DNA from: Paragordius varius
Taxonomy: Eukaryota; Animalia; Nematomorpha
Assembly: GCA_964247055.1 (NCBI GenBank)
Contig: OZ176060.1
Location: 1,116,001-1,180,000 of the forward strand
Direction: 5' to 3'
DNA: 64,000 nucleotides
In this document: positions 1 to 14,483 of the stretch, one piece after another
Layout of the letters: every line of letters begins with the position of its first letter
Position numbering within the stretch: position 1 is the stretch's first letter
Program-made: the position numbers and the translations under genes
The notes under the pieces: generated by a model
What the model was told of the DNA's origin: nothing
Database searches by the model: none
Seen by the model: the letters and a program-made list of their open reading frames with translations, nothing else

Positions 1-3000
1 AATATTCAAAAAATGTTCAAAAATGTCATTTTTAAACTCAAAAATTAATAAAAAATAACAAAAATAATTAAAAAATACTCAAAAACAATTAAAAACAATT
101 AGAAAATTAACAAAATTCAACTAAAAATTAAAAAAATTCTTAAAATTGTCCTATTTTTCATTGAAAAATAACATTTTTCATTCTTTATATATACATATAT
201 ATAATAACAAAAATAACAAATCAAAAATAACAAACATCACTCATTTCATCCACATACATAAATGAGAGAGAGAGAGAAACACACCCACATTCACCATGTA
301 CAACAACTACAACTACTAGTGTGTGTGTGAGAGAGTGGAGAGAGAGAGTGTGTGAGAGAGTGTAACACAACAACACTCACCACAAGAGTGATGACGTCAT
401 CACTCTTGTGGTGAGTGTTGTTGTGATGGACACTTACTCATTTAATAATGAAGAAGAAGAAGAGAAGAGTAGAGAGAGAAGAAGGTTTTTGTTGTTGATT
501 CTTGTTGACACAAACACATATATACATGAATGAATGAATGAATGAAGAGAATGTTACACTACTACTATAGAAGAATGAAGAATATTGTTGAAGAAATGAG
601 TGTTATTCTTGTTTTTCAACAATTTTTGAATAAAAATGAGTATTTTTGAGACAATTTTACTAGATTTACTAATAATTTTGTTGAAAATTAACAATTTTTA
701 TACATTTTTTGATGAAAATGAATGTTTTTTGGACAATTTTGATGAATATTTATGAATATTATTGTTAAAATTGACATTTTTGACACATTTTTGATGATTT
801 GCTCAACATTTCATGAATAAATGACTAAAAAGTTGAAGAATTTTGAGTTTTTTTCTGTTTTTTTTGACTAAACTATGAATTTTTCTCTTATTTTTCAATA
901 AATTTTGAGTTTTTTCTTGAAATTTTTCTAAAATTCTCACAAAAATGAAGAAAAATTAGAAAAATTATCATTTTTTTTGAGTAAAAATTGATTTTTTTTG
1001 AATTTTTTGAGTTAAAATTGAATATTTAAATGATAATTATCTAAAATTCTTGTAAAAATGAGTGAAAATTAGAAAAAATAAGTAAAAATTTGTTAATTTT
1101 AGTGTAAAAATTCATTTTTTCTTCTTCAAAATTGACATTACCCAATTAAAAAATGTTAAAAATAAGAAAAAACTAGAAAAAATAAGTAAAAATTCACAAA
1201 ATATTCAAAAAATGTTCAAAAATGTCATTTTTAAACTCAAAAATTAATAAAAAATAACAAAAATAATTAAAAAATACTCAAAAACAATTAAAAACAATTA
1301 GAAAATTAACAAAATTCAACTAAAAATTAAAAAAATTCTTAAAATTGTCCTATTTTTCATTGAAAAATAACATTTTTCATTCTTTATATATACATATATA
1401 TAATAACAAAAATAACAAATCAAAAATAACAAACATCACTCATTTCATCCACATACATAAATGAGAGAGAGAGAGAAACACACCCACATTCACCATGTAC
1501 AACAACTACAACTACTAGTGTGTGTGTGAGAGAGTGGAGAGAGAGAGTGTGTGAGAGAGTGTAACACAACAACACTCACCACAAGAGTGATGACGTCATC
1601 ACTCTTGTGGTGAGTGTTGTTGTGATGGACACTTACTCATTTAATAATGAAGAAGAAGAAGAGAAGAGTAGAGAGAGAAGAAGGTTTTTGTTGTTGATTC
1701 TTGTTGACACAAACACATATATACATGAATGAATGAATGAATGAAGAGAATGTTACACTACTACTATAGAAGAATGAAGAATATTGTTGAAGAAATGAGT
1801 GTTATTCTTGTTTTTCAACAATTTTTGAATAAAAATGAGTATTTTTGAGACAATTTTACTAGATTTACTAATAATTTTGTTGAAAATTAACAATTTTTAT
1901 ACATTTTTTGATGAAAATGAATGTTTTTTGGACAATTTTGATGAATATTTATGAATATTATTGTTAAAATTGACATTTTTGACACATTTTTGATGATTTG
2001 CTCAACATTTCATGAATAAATGACTAAAAAGTTGAAGAATTTTGAGTTTTTTTCTGTTTTTTTTGACTAAACTATGAATTTTTCTCTTATTTTTCAATAA
2101 ATTTTGAGTTTTTTCTTGAAATTTTTCTAAAATTCTCACAAAAATGAAGAAAAATTAGAAAAATTATCATTTTTTTTGAGTAAAAATTGATTTTTTTTGA
2201 ATTTTTTGAGTTAAAATTGAATATTTAAATGATAATTATCTAAAATTCTTGTAAAAATGAGTGAAAATTAGAAAAAATAAGTAAAAATTTGTTAATTTTA
2301 GTGTAAAAATTCATTTTTTCTTCTTCAAAATTGACATTACCCAATTAAAAAATGTTAAAAATAAGAAAAAACTAGAAAAAATAAGTAAAAATTCACAAAA
2401 TATTCAAAAAATGTTCAAAAATGTCATTTTTAAACTCAAAAATTAATAAAAAATAACAAAAATAATTAAAAAATACTCAAAAACAATTAAAAACAATTAG
2501 AAAATTAACAAAATTCAACTAAAAATTAAAAAAATTCTTAAAATTGTCCTATTTTTCATTGAAAAATAACATTTTTCATTCTTTATATATACATATATAT
2601 AATAACAAAAATAACAAATCAAAAATAACAAACATCACTCATTTCATCCACATACATAAATGAGAGAGAGAGAGAAACACACCCACATTCACCATGTACA
2701 ACAACTACAACTACTAGTGTGTGTGTGAGAGAGTGGAGAGAGAGAGTGTGTGAGAGAGTGTAACACAACAACACTCACCACAAGAGTGATGACGTCATCA
2801 CTCTTGTGGTGAGTGTTGTTGTGATGGACACTTACTCATTTAATAATGAAGAAGAAGAAGAGAAGAGTAGAGAGAGAAGAAGGTTTTTGTTGTTGATTCT
2901 TGTTGACACAAACACATATATACATGAATGAATGAATGAATGAAGAGAATGTTACACTACTACTATAGAAGAATGAAGAATATTGTTGAAGAAATGAGTG

Positions 3001-6000
3001 TTATTCTTGTTTTTCAACAATTTTTGAATAAAAATGAGTATTTTTGAGACAATTTTACTAGATTTACTAATAATTTTGTTGAAAATTAACAATTTTTATA
3101 CATTTTTTGATGAAAATGAATGTTTTTTGGACAATTTTGATGAATATTTATGAATATTATTGTTAAAATTGACATTTTTGACACATTTTTGATGATTTGC
3201 TCAACATTTCATGAATAAATGACTAAAAAGTTGAAGAATTTTGAGTTTTTTTCTGTTTTTTTTGACTAAACTATGAATTTTTCTCTTATTTTTCAATAAA
3301 TTTTGAGTTTTTTCTTGAAATTTTTCTAAAATTCTCACAAAAATGAAGAAAAATTAGAAAAATTATCATTTTTTTTGAGTAAAAATTGATTTTTTTTGAA
3401 TTTTTTGAGTTAAAATTGAATATTTAAATGATAATTATCTAAAATTCTTGTAAAAATGAGTGAAAATTAGAAAAAATAAGTAAAAATTTGTTAATTTTAG
3501 TGTAAAAATTCATTTTTTCTTCTTCAAAATTGACATTACCCAATTAAAAAATGTTAAAAATAAGAAAAAACTAGAAAAAATAAGTAAAAATTCACAAAAT
3601 ATTCAAAAAATGTTCAAAAATGTCATTTTTAAACTCAAAAATTAATAAAAAATAACAAAAATAATTAAAAAATACTCAAAAACAATTAAAAACAATTAGA
3701 AAATTAACAAAATTCAACTAAAAATTAAAAAAATTCTTAAAATTGTCCTATTTTTCATTGAAAAATAACATTTTTCATTCTTTATATATACATATATATA
3801 ATAACAAAAATAACAAATCAAAAATAACAAACATCACTCATTTCATCCACATACATAAATGAGAGAGAGAGAGAAACACACCCACATTCACCATGTACAA
3901 CAACTACAACTACTAGTGTGTGTGTGAGAGAGTGGAGAGAGAGAGTGTGTGAGAGAGTGTAACACAACAACACTCACCACAAGAGTGATGACGTCATCAC
4001 TCTTGTGGTGAGTGTTGTTGTGATGGACACTTACTCATTTAATAATGAAGAAGAAGAAGAGAAGAGTAGAGAGAGAAGAAGGTTTTTGTTGTTGATTCTT
4101 GTTGACACAAACACATATATACATGAATGAATGAATGAATGAAGAGAATGTTACACTACTACTATAGAAGAATGAAGAATATTGTTGAAGAAATGAGTGT
4201 TATTCTTGTTTTTCAACAATTTTTGAATAAAAATGAGTATTTTTGAGACAATTTTACTAGATTTACTAATAATTTTGTTGAAAATTAACAATTTTTATAC
4301 ATTTTTTGATGAAAATGAATGTTTTTTGGACAATTTTGATGAATATTTATGAATATTATTGTTAAAATTGACATTTTTGACACATTTTTGATGATTTGCT
4401 CAACATTTCATGAATAAATGACTAAAAAGTTGAAGAATTTTGAGTTTTTTTCTGTTTTTTTTGACTAAACTATGAATTTTTCTCTTATTTTTCAATAAAT
4501 TTTGAGTTTTTTCTTGAAATTTTTCTAAAATTCTCACAAAAATGAAGAAAAATTAGAAAAATTATCATTTTTTTTGAGTAAAAATTGATTTTTTTTGAAT
4601 TTTTTGAGTTAAAATTGAATATTTAAATGATAATTATCTAAAATTCTTGTAAAAATGAGTGAAAATTAGAAAAAATAAGTAAAAATTTGTTAATTTTAGT
4701 GTAAAAATTCATTTTTTCTTCTTCAAAATTGACATTACCCAATTAAAAAATGTTAAAAATAAGAAAAAACTAGAAAAAATAAGTAAAAATTCACAAAATA
4801 TTCAAAAAATGTTCAAAAATGTCATTTTTAAACTCAAAAATTAATAAAAAATAACAAAAATAATTAAAAAATACTCAAAAACAATTAAAAACAATTAGAA
4901 AATTAACAAAATTCAACTAAAAATTAAAAAAATTCTTAAAATTGTCCTATTTTTCATTGAAAAATAACATTTTTCATTCTTTATATATACATATATATAA
5001 TAACAAAAATAACAAATCAAAAATAACAAACATCACTCATTTCATCCACATACATAAATGAGAGAGAGAGAGAAACACACCCACATTCACCATGTACAAC
5101 AACTACAACTACTAGTGTGTGTGTGAGAGAGTGGAGAGAGAGAGTGTGTGAGAGAGTGTAACACAACAACACTCACCACAAGAGTGATGACGTCATCACT
5201 CTTGTGGTGAGTGTTGTTGTGATGGACACTTACTCATTTAATAATGAAGAAGAAGAAGAGAAGAGTAGAGAGAGAAGAAGGTTTTTGTTGTTGATTCTTG
5301 TTGACACAAACACATATATACATGAATGAATGAATGAATGAAGAGAATGTTACACACAACTACTAAAGAAGAATGAAGAAGAAATTGTTGAAGAAGTGAT
5401 GAATATTCTTGTTTTTCAACAATTTTTGAATAAAAATGAGTATTTTTGAGACAATTTTACTAGATTTACTAATAATTTTGTTGAAAATTAACAATTTTTA
5501 TACATTTTTTGATGAAAATGAATGTTTTTTGGACAATTTTGATGAATATTTATGAATATTATTGTTAAAATTGACATTTTTGACACATTTTTGATGATTT
5601 GCTCAACATTTCATGAATAAATGACTAAAAAGTTGAAGAATTTTGAGTTTTTTTCTGTTTTTTTTGACTAAACTATGAATTTTTCTCTTATTTTTCAATA
5701 AATTTTGAGTTTTTTCTTGAAATTTTTCTAAAATTCTCACAAAAATGAAGAAAAATTAGAAAAATTATCATTTTTTTTGAGTAAAAATTGATTTTTTTTG
5801 AATTTTTTGAGTTAAAATTGAATATTTAAATGATAATTATCTAAAATTCTTGTAAAAATGAGTGAAAATTAGAAAAAATAAGTAAAAATTTGTTAATTTT
5901 AGTGTAAAAATTCATTTTTTCTTCTTCAAAATTGACATTACCCAATTAAAAAATGTTAAAAATAAGAAAAAACTAGAAAAAATAAGTAAAAATTCACAAA

Positions 6001-9000
6001 ATATTCAAAAAATGTTCAAAAATGTCATTTTTAAACTCAAAAATTAATAAAAAATAACAAAAATAATTAAAAAATACTCAAAAACAATTAAAAACAATTA
6101 GAAAATTAACAAAATTCAACTAAAAATTAAAAAAATTCTTAAAATTGTCCTATTTTTCATTGAAAAATAACATTTTTCATTCTTTATATATACATATATA
6201 TAATAACAAAAATAACAAATCAAAAATAACAAACATCACTCATTTCATCCACATACATAAATGAGAGAGAGAGAGAAACACACCCACATTCACCATGTAC
6301 AACAACTACAACTACTAGTGTGTGTGTGAGAGAGTGGAGAGAGAGAGTGTGTGAGAGAGTGTAACACAACAACACTCACCACAAGAGTGATGACGTCATC
6401 ACTCTTGTGGTGAGTGTTGTTGTGATGGACACTTACTCATTTAATAATGAAGAAGAAGAAGAGAAGAGTAGAGAGAGAAGAAGGTTTTTGTTGTTGATTC
6501 TTGTTGACACAAACACATATATACATGAATGAATGAATGAATGAAGAGAATGTTACACACAACTACTAAAGAAGAATGAAGAAGAAATTGTTGAAGAAGT
6601 GATGAATATTCTTGTTTTTCAACAATTTTTGAATAAAAATGAGTATTTTTGAGACAATTTTACTAGATTTACTAATAATTTTGTTGAAAATTAACAATTT
6701 TTATACATTTTTTGATGAAAATGAATGTTTTTTGGACAATTTTGATGAATATTTATGAATATTATTGTTAAAATTGACATTTTTGACACATTTTTGATGA
6801 TTTGCTCAACATTTCATGAATAAATGACTAAAAAGTTGAAGAATTTTGAGTTTTTTTCTGTTTTTTTTGACTAAACTATGAATTTTTCTCTTATTTTTCA
6901 ATAAATTTTGAGTTTTTTCTTGAAATTTTTCTAAAATTCTCACAAAAATGAAGAAAAATTAGAAAAATTATCATTTTTTTTGAGTAAAAATTGATTTTTT
7001 TTGAATTTTTTGAGTTAAAATTGAATATTTAAATGATAATTATCTAAAATTCTTGTAAAAATGAGTGAAAATTAGAAAAAATAAGTAAAAATTTGTTAAT
7101 TTTAGTGTAAAAATTCATTTTTTCTTCTTCAAAATTGACATTACCCAATTAAAAAATGTTAAAAATAAGAAAAAACTAGAAAAAATAAGTAAAAATTCAC
7201 AAAATATTCAAAAAATGTTCAAAAATGTCATTTTTAAACTCAAAAATTAATAAAAAATAACAAAAATAATTAAAAAATACTCAAAAACAATTAAAAACAA
7301 TTAGAAAATTAACAAAATTCAACTAAAAATTAAAAAAATTCTTAAAATTGTCCTATTTTTCATTGAAAAATAACATTTTTCATTCTTTATATATACATAT
7401 ATATAATAACAAAAATAACAAATCAAAAATAACAAACATCACTCATTTCATCCACATACATAAATGAGAGAGAGAGAGAAACACACCCACATTCACCATG
7501 TACAACAACTACAACTACTAGTGTGTGTGTGAGAGAGTGGAGAGAGAGAGTGTGTGAGAGAGTGTAACACAACAACACTCACCACAAGAGTGATGACGTC
7601 ATCACTCTTGTGGTGAGTGTTGTTGTGATGGACACTTACTCATTTAATAATGAAGAAGAAGAAGAGAAGAGTAGAGAGAGAAGAAGGTTTTTGTTGTTGA
7701 TTCTTGTTGACACAAACACATATATACATGAATGAATGAATGAATGAAGAGAATGTTACACACAACTACTAAAGAAGAATGAAGAAGAAATTGTTGAAGA
7801 AGTGATGAATATTCTTGTTTTTCAACAATTTTTGAATAAAAATGAGTATTTTTGAGACAATTTTACTAGATTTACTAATAATTTTGTTGAAAATTAACAA
7901 TTTTTATACATTTTTTGATGAAAATGAATGTTTTTTGGACAATTTTGATGAATATTTATGAATATTATTGTTAAAATTGACATTTTTGACACATTTTTGA
8001 TGATTTGCTCAACATTTCATGAATAAATGACTAAAAAGTTGAAGAATTTTGAGTTTTTTTCTGTTTTTTTTGACTAAACTATGAATTTTTCTCTTATTTT
8101 TCAATAAATTTTGAGTTTTTTCTTGAAATTTTTCTAAAATTCTCACAAAAATGAAGAAAAATTAGAAAAATTATCATTTTTTTTGAGTAAAAATTGATTT
8201 TTTTTGAATTTTTTGAGTTAAAATTGAATATTTAAATGATAATTATCTAAAATTCTTGTAAAAATGAGTGAAAATTAGAAAAAATAAGTAAAAATTTGTT
8301 AATTTTAGTGTAAAAATTCATTTTTTCTTCTTCAAAATTGACATTACCCAATTAAAAAATGTTAAAAATAAGAAAAAACTAGAAAAAATAAGTAAAAATT
8401 CACAAAATATTCAAAAAATGTTCAAAAATGTCATTTTTAAACTCAAAAATTAATAAAAAATAACAAAAATAATTAAAAAATACTCAAAAACAATTAAAAA
8501 CAATTAGAAAATTAACAAAATTCAACTAAAAATTAAAAAAATTCTTAAAATTGTCCTATTTTTCATTGAAAAATAACATTTTTCATTCTTTATATATACA
8601 TATATATAATAACAAAAATAACAAATCAAAAATAACAAACATCACTCATTTCATCCACATACATAAATGAGAGAGAGAGAGAAACACACCCACATTCACC
8701 ATGTACAACAACTACAACTACTAGTGTGTGTGTGAGAGAGTGGAGAGAGAGAGTGTGTGAGAGAGTGTAACACAACAACACTCACCACAAGAGTGATGAC
8801 GTCATCACTCTTGTGGTGAGTGTTGTTGTGATGGACACTTACTCATTTAATAATGAAGAAGAAGAAGAGAAGAGTAGAGAGAGAAGAAGGTTTTTGTTGT
8901 TGATTCTTGTTGACACAAACACATATATACATGAATGAATGAATGAATGAAGAGAATGTTACACACAACTACTAAAGAAGAATGAAGAAGAAATTGTTGA

Positions 9001-12000
9001 AGAAGTGATGAATATTCTTGTTTTTCAACAATTTTTGAATAAAAATGAGTATTTTTGAGACAATTTTACTAGATTTACTAATAATTTTGTTGAAAATTAA
9101 CAATTTTTATACATTTTTTGATGAAAATGAATGTTTTTTGGACAATTTTGATGAATATTTATGAATATTATTGTTAAAATTGACATTTTTGACACATTTT
9201 TGATGATTTGCTCAACATTTCATGAATAAATGACTAAAAAGTTGAAGAATTTTGAGTTTTTTTCTGTTTTTTTTGACTAAACTATGAATTTTTCTCTTAT
9301 TTTTCAATAAATTTTGAGTTTTTTCTTGAAATTTTTCTAAAATTCTCACAAAAATGAAGAAAAATTAGAAAAATTATCATTTTTTTTGAGTAAAAATTGA
9401 TTTTTTTTGAATTTTTTGAGTTAAAATTGAATATTTAAATGATAATTATCTAAAATTCTTGTAAAAATGAGTGAAAATTAGAAAAAATAAGTAAAAATTT
9501 GTTAATTTTAGTGTAAAAATTCATTTTTTCTTCTTCAAAATTGACATTACCCAATTAAAAAATGTTAAAAATAAGAAAAAACTAGAAAAAATAAGTAAAA
9601 ATTCACAAAATATTCAAAAAATGTTCAAAAATGTCATTTTTAAACTCAAAAATTAATAAAAAATAACAAAAATAATTAAAAAATACTCAAAAACAATTAA
9701 AAACAATTAGAAAATTAACAAAATTCAACTAAAAATTAAAAAAATTCTTAAAATTGTCCTATTTTTCATTGAAAAATAACATTTTTCATTCTTTATATAT
9801 ACATATATATAATAACAAAAATAACAAATCAAAAATAACAAACATCACTCATTTCATCCACATACATAAATGAGAGAGAGAGAGAAACACACCCACATTC
9901 ACCATGTACAACAACTACAACTACTAGTGTGTGTGTGAGAGAGTGGAGAGAGAGAGTGTGTGAGAGAGTGTAACACAACAACACTCACCACAAGAGTGAT
10001 GACGTCATCACTCTTGTGGTGAGTGTTGTTGTGATGGACACTTACTCATTTAATAATGAAGAAGAAGAAGAGAAGAGTAGAGAGAGAAGAAGGTTTTTGT
10101 TGTTGATTCTTGTTGACACAAACACATATATACATGAATGAATGAATGAATGAAGAGAATGTTACACTACTACTATAGAAGAATGAAGAATATTGTTGAA
10201 GAAATGAGTGTTATTCTTGTTTTTCAACAATTTTTGAATAAAAATGAGTATTTTTGAGACAATTTTACTAGATTTACTAATAATTTTGTTGAAAATTAAC
10301 AATTTTTATACATTTTTTGATGAAAATGAATGTTTTTTGGACAATTTTGATGAATATTTATGAATATTATTGTTAAAATTGACATTTTTGACACATTTTT
10401 GATGATTTGCTCAACATTTCATGAATAAATGACTAAAAAGTTGAAGAATTTTGAGTTTTTTTCTGTTTTTTTTGACTAAACTATGAATTTTTCTCTTATT
10501 TTTCAATAAATTTTGAGTTTTTTCTTGAAATTTTTCTAAAATTCTCACAAAAATGAAGAAAAATTAGAAAAATTATCATTTTTTTTGAGTAAAAATTGAT
10601 TTTTTTTGAATTTTTTGAGTTAAAATTGAATATTTAAATGATAATTATCTAAAATTCTTGTAAAAATGAGTGAAAATTAGAAAAAATAAGTAAAAATTTG
10701 TTAATTTTAGTGTAAAAATTCATTTTTTCTTCTTCAAAATTGACATTACCCAATTAAAAAATGTTAAAAATAAGAAAAAACTAGAAAAAATAAGTAAAAA
10801 TTCACAAAATATTCAAAAAATGTTCAAAAATGTCATTTTTAAACTCAAAAATTAATAAAAAATAACAAAAATAATTAAAAAATACTCAAAAACAATTAAA
10901 AACAATTAGAAAATTAACAAAATTCAACTAAAAATTAAAAAAATTCTTAAAATTGTCCTATTTTTCATTGAAAAATAACATTTTTCATTCTTTATATATA
11001 CATATATATAATAACAAAAATAACAAATCAAAAATAACAAACATCACTCATTTCATCCACATACATAAATGAGAGAGAGAGAGAAACACACCCACATTCA
11101 CCATGTACAACAACTACAACTACTAGTGTGTGTGTGAGAGAGTGGAGAGAGAGAGTGTGTGAGAGAGTGTAACACAACAACACTCACCACAAGAGTGATG
11201 ACGTCATCACTCTTGTGGTGAGTGTTGTTGTGATGGACACTTACTCATTTAATAATGAAGAAGAAGAAGAGAAGAGTAGAGAGAGAAGAAGGTTTTTGTT
11301 GTTGATTCTTGTTGACACAAACACATATATACATGAATGAATGAATGAATGAAGAGAATGTTACACTACTACTATAGAAGAATGAAGAATATTGTTGAAG
11401 AAATGAGTGTTATTCTTGTTTTTCAACAATTTTTGAATAAAAATGAGTATTTTTGAGACAATTTTACTAGATTTACTAATAATTTTGTTGAAAATTAACA
11501 ATTTTTATACATTTTTTGATGAAAATGAATGTTTTTTGGACAATTTTGATGAATATTTATGAATATTATTGTTAAAATTGACATTTTTGACACATTTTTG
11601 ATGATTTGCTCAACATTTCATGAATAAATGACTAAAAAGTTGAAGAATTTTGAGTTTTTTTCTGTTTTTTTTGACTAAACTATGAATTTTTCTCTTATTT
11701 TTCAATAAATTTTGAGTTTTTTCTTGAAATTTTTCTAAAATTCTCACAAAAATGAAGAAAAATTAGAAAAATTATCATTTTTTTTGAGTAAAAATTGATT
11801 TTTTTTGAATTTTTTGAGTTAAAATTGAATATTTAAATGATAATTATCTAAAATTCTTGTAAAAATGAGTGAAAATTAGAAAAAATAAGTAAAAATTTGT
11901 TAATTTTAGTGTAAAAATTCATTTTTTCTTCTTCAAAATTGACATTACCCAATTAAAAAATGTTAAAAATAAGAAAAAACTAGAAAAAATAAGTAAAAAT

Positions 12001-14483
12001 TCACAAAATATTCAAAAAATGTTCAAAAATGTCATTTTTAAACTCAAAAATTAATAAAAAATAACAAAAATAATTAAAAAATACTCAAAAACAATTAAAA
12101 ACAATTAGAAAATTAACAAAATTCAACTAAAAATTAAAAAAATTCTTAAAATTGTCCTATTTTTCATTGAAAAATAACATTTTTCATTCTTTATATATAC
12201 ATATATATAATAACAAAAATAACAAATCAAAAATAACAAACATCACTCATTTCATCCACATACATAAATGAGAGAGAGAGAGAAACACACCCACATTCAC
12301 CATGTACAACAACTACAACTACTAGTGTGTGTGTGAGAGAGTGGAGAGAGAGAGTGTGTGAGAGAGTGTAACACAACAACACTCACCACAAGAGTGATGA
12401 CGTCATCACTCTTGTGGTGAGTGTTGTTGTGATGGACACTTACTCATTTAATAATGAAGAAGAAGAAGAGAAGAGTAGAGAGAGAAGAAGGTTTTTGTTG
12501 TTGATTCTTGTTGACACAAACACATATATACATGAATGAATGAATGAATGAAGAGAATGTTACACACAACTACTAAAGAAGAATGAAGAAGAAATTGTTG
12601 AAGAAGTGATGAATATTCTTGTTTTTCAACAATTTTTGAATAAAAATGAGTATTTTTGAGACAATTTTACTAGATTTACTAATAATTTTGTTGAAAATTA
12701 ACAATTTTTATACATTTTTTGATGAAAATGAATGTTTTTTGGACAATTTTGATGAATATTTATGAATATTATTGTTAAAATTGACATTTTTGACACATTT
12801 TTGATGATTTGCTCAACATTTCATGAATAAATGACTAAAAAGTTGAAGAATTTTGAGTTTTTTTCTGTTTTTTTTGACTAAACTATGAATTTTTCTCTTA
12901 TTTTTCAATAAATTTTGAGTTTTTTCTTGAAATTTTTCTAAAATTCTCACAAAAATGAAGAAAAATTAGAAAAATTATCATTTTTTTTGAGTAAAAATTG
13001 ATTTTTTTTGAATTTTTTGAGTTAAAATTGAATATTTAAATGATAATTATCTAAAATTCTTGTAAAAATGAGTGAAAATTAGAAAAAATAAGTAAAAATT
13101 TGTTAATTTTAGTGTAAAAATTCATTTTTTCTTCTTCAAAATTGACATTACCCAATTAAAAAATGTTAAAAATAAGAAAAAACTAGAAAAAATAAGTAAA
13201 AATTCACAAAATATTCAAAAAATGTTCAAAAATGTCATTTTTAAACTCAAAAATTAATAAAAAATAACAAAAATAATTAAAAAATACTCAAAAACAATTA
13301 AAAACAATTAGAAAATTAACAAAATTCAACTAAAAATTAAAAAAATTCTTAAAATTGTCCTATTTTTCATTGAAAAATAACATTTTTCATTCTTTATATA
13401 TACATATATATAATAACAAAAATAACAAATCAAAAATAACAAACATCACTCATTTCATCCACATACATAAATGAGAGAGAGAGAGAAACACACCCACATT
13501 CACCATGTACAACAACTACAACTACTAGTGTGTGTGTGAGAGAGTGGAGAGAGAGAGTGTGTGAGAGAGTGTAACACAACAACACTCACCACAAGAGTGA
13601 TGACGTCATCACTCTTGTGGTGAGTGTTGTTGTGATGGACACTTACTCATTTAATAATGAAGAAGAAGAAGAGAAGAGTAGAGAGAGAAGAAGGTTTTTG
13701 TTGTTGATTCTTGTTGACACAAACACATATATACATGAATGAATGAATGAATGAAGAGAATGTTACACTACTACTATAGAAGAATGAAGAATATTGTTGA
13801 AGAAATGAGTGTTATTCTTGTTTTTCAACAATTTTTGAATAAAAATGAGTATTTTTGAGACAATTTTACTAGATTTACTAATAATTTTGTTGAAAATTAA
13901 CAATTTTTATACATTTTTTGATGAAAATGAATGTTTTTTGGACAATTTTGATGAATATTTATGAATATTATTGTTAAAATTGACATTTTTGACACATTTT
14001 TGATGATTTGCTCAACATTTCATGAATAAATGACTAAAAAGTTGAAGAATTTTGAGTTTTTTTCTGTTTTTTTTGACTAAACTATGAATTTTTCTCTTAT
14101 TTTTCAATAAATTTTGAGTTTTTTCTTGAAATTTTTCTAAAATTCTCACAAAAATGAAGAAAAATTAGAAAAATTATCATTTTTTTTGAGTAAAAATTGA
14201 TTTTTTTTGAATTTTTTGAGTTAAAATTGAATATTTAAATGATAATTATCTAAAATTCTTGTAAAAATGAGTGAAAATTAGAAAAAATAAGTAAAAATTT
14301 GTTAATTTTAGTGTAAAAATTCATTTTTTCTTCTTCAAAATTGACATTACCCAATTAAAAAATGTTAAAAATAAGAAAAAACTAGAAAAAATAAGTAAAA
14401 ATTCACAAAATATTCAAAAAATGTTCAAAAATGTCATTTTTAAACTCAAAAATTAATAAAAAATAACAAAAATAATTAAAAAA
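1..14483. repeat. Tandem array, subfamily A/B: 12 head-to-tail units of 1199 bp (A) or 1203 bp (B), order AAAABBBBAABA; probably continues left of the window
   Basis: The unit start 'aatattcaaaaaatgttc' recurs at 1, 1200, 2399, 3598, 4797, 6000, 7203, 8406, 9609, 10808, 12007, 13210 and 14409. By eye the units are identical except for one ~50-bp variant tract (B). Confidence 0.97.
366..425. repeat. Perfect 60-bp palindrome (30-bp arms, no loop), first of 22 copies
   Basis: cacaacaacactcaccacaagagtgatgac|gtcatcactcttgtggtgagtgttgttgtg, checked base by base. A/B copies start at 366, 1565, 2764, 3963, 5162, 6365, 7568, 8771, 9974, 11173, 12372, 13575. C copies (58 bp) start at 14796+1177n (n=0-7). 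The D/E variants have 26-bp arms and a 2-nt loop. Confidence 0.98.

Noticed and set aside
1135-1150. 'acattacccaatt' resembling nematode SL1 (GGTTTAATTACCCAAGTTTGAG), suggesting an SL-RNA repeat
   Set aside because: Only a 9-nt match, with no following GT donor or Sm site, and it is absent from subfamily C.
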